Assembly (NCBI RefSeq): GCF_025561445.1
Contig: NZ_CP095096.1
Location: 141,822-165,821 of the forward strand
Source: Staphylococcus sp. IVB6181
GTDB taxonomy: Bacteria > Bacillota > Bacilli > Staphylococcales > Staphylococcaceae
Length of the DNA stretch: 24,000 nt
Reading direction: 5' to 3'
Shown here: positions 15,725 to 21,930 of the stretch, piece after piece
Numbering within the stretch: the first letter of the stretch is position 1
Layout of the letters: each line of letters starts with the position of its first letter
Notes under the pieces: generated by a model
Told to the model about the DNA's origin: nothing
Seen by the model: the letters and a program-made list of their open reading frames with translations, nothing else
Databases searched by the model: none
Position numbers and translations under genes: made by a program

Positions 15725-15774
15725 ATGCTCCCCCTATAGTTTTGTTTTTTTAGTGTCTACTATAGGGGGAGCAT
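15725..15774 (-). promoter_or_regulatory. Hairpin pairing the outermost IS terminus with the orfA Shine-Dalgarno region
   Basis: 16-bp perfect stem ATGCTCCCCCTATAGT (15725-15740) / ACTATAGGGGGAGCAT (15759-15774). The arm next to orfA carries the GGGGGAG Shine-Dalgarno sequence on the minus strand. Confidence 0.6.
15740..15773. repeat. IS terminal inverted repeat (orfA-proximal end)
   Basis: Its reverse complement, TGCTCCCCCTATAGTAGACACTAAAAAAACAAAA, matches 13950-13983. Confidence 0.8.
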
Positions 15775-15963
15775 ATCATCATAGGAGTCGGGTGCTTTAT
15801 TTTATGGAATTACTACATGTTTAAGGAGAGAGATTTGTAAGGAAAAAAGAGATGATAATTATTCAGGTAATGGAAAATATTATATAATTATAAAGAGTAA
15901 AGATTTAATGGTGAGCAGGCTAAAATATCTAGGTCTATACGGGATTAGACTTTCAAAAATAAG

Positions 15964-15992
15964 TTGAAAAAACTATAAGGAAAGTGTATGTT
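15964..15992 (+). promoter_or_regulatory. Possible sigma-A promoter of the toxSAS-PanA module
   Basis: TTGAAA (15964-15969), 17-nt spacer, TATGTT (15987-15992), about 45 nt upstream of the ATG at 16036. Pattern match only. Confidence 0.3.
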
Positions 15993-16035
15993 TTTAACAA
16001 TGGTTAAGCTTAATTTACAGTTTGGATGAGGGCAA

Positions 16036-16703
16036 ATGTATACTGGGTATTTTAATGTTATTTGCAAATTAGTCTCTTTGTTACTGCGTTGTCAAAATGA
16101 ATATACCGAAAAGTTTTTAAATAATTATACTACTACTTACAATTTGAAAAAGTATTGTGTGTATAAAATTATTGATAAAAAGAGTGAAGAATATATTTTT
16201 GATTGGAATTTCCTAACTTATCTCAATGGATATTGTGATAAGTTAATAGAAGTACAAATTGAACTTGAAGAAGAAATTGGAAATCACTTCAAAATAAGTA
16301 TAGATAGTAGAGTTAAGCAACCAGAATCAAGGTTGTCTAAACTGTTAGTGTATAGGTTTGAAAAGATGAAAAAGGAAAGACACCATTACGTAAATGTTTA
16401 AATGACTTGTTTGGATGCAGGTTAATTTTAGATATTTCTAATTTGGAAGATTTTTTTGAACAACTAAACAAATATTTAGATAAAACATTAAATATTAAAA
16501 CAACCTATAATGATAAAAACGGGTACAAAGCTGTCCATATTTATTTACGTGGTGAAAATAACAAGTGTTTTCCATGGGAAATACAAATTTGGAATAGCAA
16601 AGATGAAGAAAGTAATAGAGAATCGCATAGTAAATATAAACAAGATTATTTAAAATGGCCCAAAATAGTAAAGGAAATAATTGTGACAAAGGAGGGAAAT
16701 TAA
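16036..16703 (+). pseudogene. RelA/SpoT-homologue small alarmone-synthetase-like toxin (toxSAS), split by a 1-nt frame change in an A5 run
   Basis: ORF 16036-16401 carries SRVKQPESRLSKLL. ORF 16407-16703 carries DLFGCRLILD (when the frame is extended upstream), GYKAVHIYLRG, WEIQIWN and SHSKYK. The two frames overlap at atgAAAAAGg (16366-16375). Adding one base, or a -1 ribosomal slip, gives one protein of about 222 aa. Confidence 0.75.
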
Positions 16704-17450
16704 ATGTTTAAACATTTTCTGTTGATAATACCTGATCATAAACATGGACGTAGGGTTGGATGGCATAAATTAATCACCGCTGCGGATGACTATAAATATA
16801 TAAAACACACTGTGCAAAAGATAACTTCTGAAGTAGGGGGAGCACAACTTGCGTCACATATAATCACTACAGATTCAGATGAAATTAGTTCTATAAAACA
16901 AAAAGACACGTTTTTTTCAGATATTGATTTTTTTGAAAATGAGGATGACTTTATAAATTATTATAAAAATGAAAAAGAACTTACTGCTAATGATGTGGCT
17001 AACTACATTTTAAGTTATGGGAAAAATATTACTCATTTGAAACTACAAAAGTTAACGTATTTGTGTTATGAGAATGTATTAAAAAAATTAAATTTCAAAC
17101 TTTTTGATGATAATATATATGCCTATAAACTTGGTCCTGTAATTGATAGCATATATTCAAGGTATAGAAATGGTGGTAAAGATATATTAGATATTGAAGA
17201 GGATGATAGTATTTACCTTTCTGAAAGTGATTTGTTAATAAAACCGTCCCTAAGCAGAGTATTGTTTTCAGAGAATGGAGTTAAGGTTTTGCAAGTTATT
17301 GATACTACATTAGAAGAATATATTGATTATTCAACGAGTGCATTGGTAAATATTACCCATGAAGAAGGAACTGCTTGGAATAACACATATATAGAAGGCG
17401 TAAAGAATAACATAATATCTGATGAACAGATATTAACAAGTAGTAAATAA
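16704..17450 (+). CDS. Panacea (DUF4065/SocA-like) domain antitoxin, PanA-like
   Basis: 248 aa. Panacea core ANDVANYILSYGKNITHLKLQKLTYLCYE...YAYKLGPVIDSIYSRY. The ATG directly abuts the toxSAS stop (TAAATG), and AAGGAGGG lies within the toxin's 3' end. Confidence 0.75.
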   Translation: MFKHFLLIIPDHKHGRRVGWHKLITAADDYKYIKHTVQKITSEVGGAQLASHIITTDSDEISSIKQKDTFFSDIDFFENEDDFINYYKNEKELTANDVANYILSYGKNITHLKLQKLTYLCYENVLKKLNFKLFDDNIYAYKLGPVIDSIYSRYRNGGKDILDIEEDDSIYLSESDLLIKPSLSRVLFSENGVKVLQVIDTTLEEYIDYSTSALVNITHEEGTAWNNTYIEGVKNNIISDEQILTSSK

Positions 17451-17472
17451 AGTGATTAAATTCATATTTGTA

Positions 17473-17517
17473 AAACCAGCTTCTTCTATATTGAGGAAGT
17501 ATGGTTTTATTTTTTTC
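17473..17517 (+). terminator. Intrinsic terminator after the PanA-like gene
   Basis: Imperfect stem CCAGCTTCTTC / GAGGAAGTATGG with loop TATATT, followed by TTTTATTTTTTT. Confidence 0.6.
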
Positions 17518-17529
17518 TAATTAGTCATT

Positions 17530-17853
17530 GTAGTACTTGGTATGGAAGACTACTTGGCGGTGAAAATTCGTTACAAGTTTGACAGTATGAGCTATTAGTG
17601 AATGACAAGGAAGTCAATCGTGAGGTAGAACCTAAAGGAAGCCGGACGCAAAGACTCGTACTGAGGAACAAAGACTTCATAGAGAAGCCTCATAAAAAGA
17701 AACATATTCCAAAAAATTGAAAAGGAATTTATAGAAGCGCCACAAGAGTTAAAGTATCTATTATATTTTAAGAAACTAAATCATAAAGAAACGCAAGAGT
17801 TGTATGAACTGATGAACAATATATTGTACAAATATAGTAAACATCCCATTTGA
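17530..17853 (+). pseudogene. Decayed MarR-like transcriptional regulator remnant (multiple frame breaks)
   Basis: Frame-hopping translation gives ..RTQRLVL / TEEQRLH.. / KIEKEFIEAPQELKYLLYFKKLNHKETQELYELMNNILYKYSKHPI*. This resembles a MarR wing plus C-terminal helix. No ORF of 60 aa or more is present. Confidence 0.3.
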
Positions 17854-18009
17854 AATGAAGCAGTGTATAAAAGGAATAAGAAGGTATTGTTAGGAAATAC
17901 GATATTTTGTCCGTACTTTAAAAAATTTGAGTTAATAAATAAGGCAGACGGCAAAAGATATGAAAAGAATGCTGCATCCTAAAACAATGTATTATACGCA
18001 CATAAAGTA

Positions 18010-18042
18010 CCCCCTAAAGCTGGATAATGCGACTTTAGGGGG
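18010..18042. terminator. Hairpin downstream of the DUF4870 gene (possibly bidirectional terminator)
   Basis: Perfect 10-bp stem CCCCCTAAAG (18010-18019) / CTTTAGGGGG (18033-18042). The flanking T-tracts are weak. Confidence 0.5.
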
Positions 18043-18071
18043 TAAATTCATTTTTAGGAAATTTTCGAATC

Positions 18072-18437
18072 CTATTTAATAAATCTGATTGATAGTGGTA
18101 CTTCATAGTCTTCGCCTTGATTCGTTTTAACAATAGCGATGATGGAATAAACTGTTGAAGCAATAACAAGAATCGGAAGGATGAGGAATCCAATCAATAT
18201 GAAACAAAGCAATGTGGCTGCGATTCCGTAAATAAAATAACTGATAACGTAATTCCAATAGTTTTTACCTTGTTGATTGATGAAAGGAGATTCATCCTTT
18301 TTGATAAGCCAGATGATGAGCGGGCCGATCAATCCAGTGAAAATGTTTAAAAGCCATAGTAGCATGGCCATTGTTCGTTCTTCTTGAGGAACAGGTTGAA
18401 ATGCATTTTTTTGTGTTGAACTGTTAATTAGATCCAT
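18072..18437 (-). CDS. DUF4870-family small membrane protein
   Basis: Typical DUF4870 pattern ERTMAMLLWLLNIFTGLIGPLIIWLIKKDESPFINQQGKNYWNYVISY with 3 TM segments. The ATG at 18437 has an AGGTGA Shine-Dalgarno sequence 5 nt upstream; the GTG at 18446 has none. Confidence 0.8.
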   Translation of the reverse strand: MDLINSSTQKNAFQPVPQEERTMAMLLWLLNIFTGLIGPLIIWLIKKDESPFINQQGKNYWNYVISYFIYGIAATLLCFILIGFLILPILVIASTVYSIIAIVKTNQGEDYEVPLSIRFIK

Positions 18438-18611
18438 ATTCTTCACCTATATTTTTGTATTTGAGATGTTGAAGTCAGGTTTCTATCTCAAAATAATAAT
18501 CTCACAGTAAAAATAGGTTGTACAGTTAAAATTAGATGGATTTAATGAAGTTTTCGTAAGTTTCGATTGGAAATTAAATTGGATAGATATAGATGAGCAT
18601 GATATAGAGAT

Positions 18612-18646
18612 ACAAAAACATCGACCTTTTTACAGGCCGATGTTTT
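18612..18646 (-). terminator. Intrinsic terminator of the tctCBA operon
   Basis: 12-bp stem with one mismatch, AAAACATCGACC (18615-18626) / GGCCGATGTTTT (18635-18646). T-runs follow on both strands. Confidence 0.7.
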
Positions 18647-18647
18647 A

Positions 18648-20144
18648 TTATGCCGTTTTCTTCTTGCGTTTCACGAACTTAAGTATCAATGGATAAGTGA
18701 GTGAAAGTATGGTCATGATTGTCAGTACGATACTAATCGGTGAACCAAAGAAGATATCGAATATGTTGTTGTTGCTGGTGATTAAACTTTTACGGAAATT
18801 TTGTTCCATATCTGATCCGACAATGGCAGCGAGTATTAATGGTGCCATCGGGAAGTCTAACAGTTTTAAGCCTAAGCCGAGTAAACCGAAGACTAATAAG
18901 ATATAGAAATCTACGACACTGTAGCCTAGTGTATAAGTTCCTAAGTATGCGAGTACTAAAATAATCGGATACAAGACTTTAGGCGGTGTACGCAAGATTT
19001 TAAGTAATAAACCGATTAAAGCAATGTTGATGATGACTAAGAAGATGTTGCCGATGAACATGCTGTTGATTAATGTCCAAATGGTTTCTGGTTCATTCTC
19101 AAAGAGAAGCGGTCCTGGCTGCAGACCTAACATAATGACTGCCCCTAAAATAACAGCGGTTGTACCTGAACCCGGCACGCCCATTGTCAGTAAGGGAATC
19201 AAAGCACCGACAGAAGCGGCGTTGTTGGATGCTTCTGGTGCGGCAACACCCTCAATAGCACCTTTACCGAAGTCTTTGCCGTTCTTGTTGACTTGGCGTT
19301 CTGTAGAGTAACTTAGCATAGATGCTATAGAACCTCCGGCACCAGGTAAGACACCGATCACAAAGCCTAATGGACTTTGTCTTAACATAGTCCACCATGT
19401 ACGTTTCCAATCTGTTTTAGTCAGTTTCATAGCGCCTAGTTTGGCATCAGGCGGCTTTAAAGCTTCTAGATGCATATAATTGTATAGAACTTCTGCGACT
19501 GCATAGACACCGATGATAACAACTAAGAAGTTGATGCCTTCGCTCAGGTGAGGAATGTCGAAGGTGAAGCGGTAAACACTTGTCTGTAAATCGACACCTA
19601 CAGTACTGACCATTAAGCCGATGGCAGTCGCAATAAAACCTTTAACCATCTTACCAATTGAAAGTGAAACAATGGTTGATAGTGTAAATAAGAATAAGAC
19701 GAAGTATTCTCTTGGTCCGAATTGAAGCGAGAAGTCGGACAGCGGTTTGGCGAGAACGATAAATCCGATAACTGTGACAATCCCGCCGATTAATGATGCT
19801 ACTGCAGAAATCGTTAATGCTTTACCCGCTTCTCCATTCTTCGTCATCGGATACCCATCAAATGTGGCTGCGATTGCGGAACCATCACCTGGTGTATTTA
19901 ACAAGATGGAACTGCGAGATCCCCCATACATCGCGCCATAATAAATCGCAATCATTAAAATCAAGGCACTTACCGGTTCCATACCAAACGTGACAGGAAT
20001 CAAGACCGCAACTGCAGTTGCAGGGCCCAACCCCGGCAGCATGCCTACTATTGTCCCTAAGAAACCGCCAATCAATACCCAAAGCAAATTCATGGGGTGA
20101 AAGGCAGTTGTGAGACCCTCTAAGAAAGTGTTGATATCTCCCAT
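18648..20144 (-). CDS. tctA: Tripartite tricarboxylate transporter, large permease subunit
   Basis: 498 aa polytopic membrane protein with TctA-type glycine-rich segments (MLPGLGPATAVAVLIPVTFG, GVLPGAGGSIASMLSY). Lies in the gene order tctC-tctB-tctA. Confidence 0.9.
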   Translation of the reverse strand: MGDINTFLEGLTTAFHPMNLLWVLIGGFLGTIVGMLPGLGPATAVAVLIPVTFGMEPVSALILMIAIYYGAMYGGSRSSILLNTPGDGSAIAATFDGYPMTKNGEAGKALTISAVASLIGGIVTVIGFIVLAKPLSDFSLQFGPREYFVLFLFTLSTIVSLSIGKMVKGFIATAIGLMVSTVGVDLQTSVYRFTFDIPHLSEGINFLVVIIGVYAVAEVLYNYMHLEALKPPDAKLGAMKLTKTDWKRTWWTMLRQSPLGFVIGVLPGAGGSIASMLSYSTERQVNKNGKDFGKGAIEGVAAPEASNNAASVGALIPLLTMGVPGSGTTAVILGAVIMLGLQPGPLLFENEPETIWTLINSMFIGNIFLVIINIALIGLLLKILRTPPKVLYPIILVLAYLGTYTLGYSVVDFYILLVFGLLGLGLKLLDFPMAPLILAAIVGSDMEQNFRKSLITSNNNIFDIFFGSPISIVLTIMTILSLTYPLILKFVKRKKKTA

Positions 20145-20160
20145 ATTGCTCCCCCTTGTC

Positions 20161-20604
20161 TTATGGTAAACTCACATCTAATAATTGCGAGAAGGTATAC
20201 CATGTAATTCCTGAAAATACGAGCGCAACAATAATATTTTGAAGCCAGTGTTTCACCCCATTAATTAAAAACAACACGCCTCCTAAGAAGAGGATAGTCG
20301 AAATTAAGAAACCTAAGCGTTCGAATATTAAAGCATAAATAATAATCATCACAATCGTTGCGCCTAAACGAATCAGTGTTTTCTTTTGAAGTAATAAATC
20401 GAGAATCTCAAAGTGCTCATGGCGACGTTTATATTCTTGGAAGAAATAAATCACACTCATCACAATGAGCAGCGTCGCAATGAGTAACGGAAAGTACATC
20501 GGACTGTTCGGGTCGCCGATACGAGACCGTTGTACATTAAGTGTCAGTACCAGATAAATAATCCCTAATAATGTAAGGAGAATCGGTGGTAAAAGTCGTG
20601 CCAT
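20161..20604 (-). CDS. tctB: Tripartite tricarboxylate transporter, small membrane subunit
   Basis: 147 aa protein with 4 TM segments, located between tctC and tctA. Shine-Dalgarno sequence AAGGGGGGG. Confidence 0.8.
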   Translation of the reverse strand: MARLLPPILLTLLGIIYLVLTLNVQRSRIGDPNSPMYFPLLIATLLIVMSVIYFFQEYKRRHEHFEILDLLLQKKTLIRLGATIVMIIIYALIFERLGFLISTILFLGGVLFLINGVKHWLQNIIVALVFSGITWYTFSQLLDVSLP

Positions 20605-20618
20605 ACAATGTCCCCCCC

Positions 20619-21599
20619 TTAAAATCCAGCATCTTTAATGAGCTGATCATATTTTTTACGTTGTTCTTTTAAGAACTTTTCAGATTCATAGCTGTCTTTA
20701 TAGAAATTGTCCCAATCATTGTTTTTGCGTAAATCTTGCCATCCTTTAGAACGGACAACTTTGCGCATAGTCTTATCCCAATAAGCACGTTCTTCTTTGG
20801 TCATATCTTTTGTGCCCATGACACCGCGCCAGTGCGGGAAGACCATATCGACGCTTTGTTCTTGCCAAGTAGGTACGTCTTTAATCCCTTTAATACGTTT
20901 CTCTGATGAAACTGCCAACATTTTGAGTTTATGTACTTGATGCTGCTCTTTTACTTCTGATACTGCAGTAGAAGCTACATCGACATGTCCTCCCAGCAAT
21001 GCTGTCTGTAAATCTCCGCCGCTTTTATAGACGAGGAAGTCTAATTGATCGACATCCACACCGTATTGTTTAGCAGCTTGTACAAAAGCAAGATGGTCAT
21101 TGTTGCCAAGACCTGGTGCGACACCGATAGTTAAGGATTTCGGATCCTTCTTCAGCTTGTCCATGACTTCTTTACCAGAATTCAAATTGGATTTGTTAGA
21201 AGCTGTTAAGCTGATCCATTCTGTTGCTAATATAGCAATCGGTGTGAAATCATCTTCACTTAAATCGCTGAGCCCCAGTTCTTTGTTTGAAAGCAATAAA
21301 CTAGAGTTGATTGCGATGGTATTCGGCGAGCGAGACTTTAAATATTGCCAACCGACTTCACCGCCTCCGCCAGGTTTATTAATCACGGTGATGTTTTGTT
21401 TTGTCAGATTTTCATCTAACATGACTTTTTGAATCGCACGAGCTGTTGTATCCCAACCGCCGCCAGGCGATGCTGGCGCAATAATCTCTACTGTTTGATT
21501 CGGAAAGTCTATAGAAGCAGACTGCTTTTCATCATCTTGCTTGCCGCAGCTTGCTAAAAGTACTGTCAAAATTAACACGAAGCACCCCAATCTTCGCAT
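20619..21599 (-). CDS. tctC: Tripartite tricarboxylate transporter substrate-binding lipoprotein (Bug/TctC family)
   Basis: Lipobox LLASCGK after a hydrophobic signal. Bug-family GGGWDTTAR and KPGGGGEVG motifs. The start at 21599 (MRRLG..) has an AAAGGGGGA Shine-Dalgarno sequence 5 nt upstream. The ORF-track start at 21629 lacks one. Confidence 0.88.
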   Translation of the reverse strand: MRRLGCFVLILTVLLASCGKQDDEKQSASIDFPNQTVEIIAPASPGGGWDTTARAIQKVMLDENLTKQNITVINKPGGGGEVGWQYLKSRSPNTIAINSSLLLSNKELGLSDLSEDDFTPIAILATEWISLTASNKSNLNSGKEVMDKLKKDPKSLTIGVAPGLGNNDHLAFVQAAKQYGVDVDQLDFLVYKSGGDLQTALLGGHVDVASTAVSEVKEQHQVHKLKMLAVSSEKRIKGIKDVPTWQEQSVDMVFPHWRGVMGTKDMTKEERAYWDKTMRKVVRSKGWQDLRKNNDWDNFYKDSYESEKFLKEQRKKYDQLIKDAGF

Positions 21600-21930
21600 A
21601 AAAATCCCCCTTTGTTTAAAAATATTCAATTTTCTAATAATTTATCACAATTTTCAAAAATCAACAATAAAGCATAGATGTTTTTAATATATAAATATTA
21701 AAGAGGATAATTATGGAAATAGATATAAACTGAGACGGGGAATAATAAGTGTTGCTACAATACTGATTAGTGTTAATAAGCAATGTGCTAATAATTCCTT
21801 TTAAACATTCATGTAATCAATTAAATAATAGTCAAAATATTTTTAATGACGAATTGTGATTATCTTCTGTTTGTGTTTTAATTAAACAAACGCTTGTTTG
21901 AGCAAGCGGGAAGGGGATTTATAATTCAAC

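Larger units (their letters stand above)
13950..15773 (-). mobile_element. Complete IS3-family (IS150-like) insertion sequence, 1,824 bp
   Basis: 34-bp imperfect terminal inverted repeats (28/34 identical) beginning 5'-TG and ending CA-3'. orfA and orfB overlap in frame with a canonical A_AAA_AAG slippery site. DDE motifs are present. Confidence 0.85.

Noticed and set aside
16495-16689. Minus-strand 64-aa ORF inside the toxSAS 3' half
   Set aside because: It is antisense to a frame that carries clear RelA/SpoT motifs. It is a shadow ORF.
17590-17700. GC-richer patch (GTGAGGTAGAACCTAAAGGAAGCCGGACGCAAAGACTCGTACTGAGGAAC) suspected to be a group II intron or structured-RNA fragment
   Set aside because: I could not identify domain V/VI-like or other diagnostic RNA motifs. 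The stretch is explained at least as well by the decayed MarR-like coding remnant.
18438-18446. GTG at 18446 as the DUF4870 start
   Set aside because: No Shine-Dalgarno sequence precedes it. The ATG three codons downstream (18437) has AGGTGA at proper spacing.
18697-20082. Plus- and minus-strand 64-95-aa ORFs overlapping tctA
   Set aside because: They are alternative-frame or antisense ORFs within a 498-aa permease gene that has coherent TM architecture. They are shadow ORFs.
21100-21432. Plus-strand 110-aa ORF inside tctC
   Set aside because: It is antisense to a lipoprotein gene with Bug-family motifs and has no Shine-Dalgarno sequence.
21600-21629. Upstream ATG (MNIFKQRGIF...) as the tctC start
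   Set aside because: It has no Shine-Dalgarno sequence and would place 10 polar residues before the signal peptide. The ATG at 21599 has AAAGGGGGA 5 nt upstream and gives a canonical lipoprotein signal.
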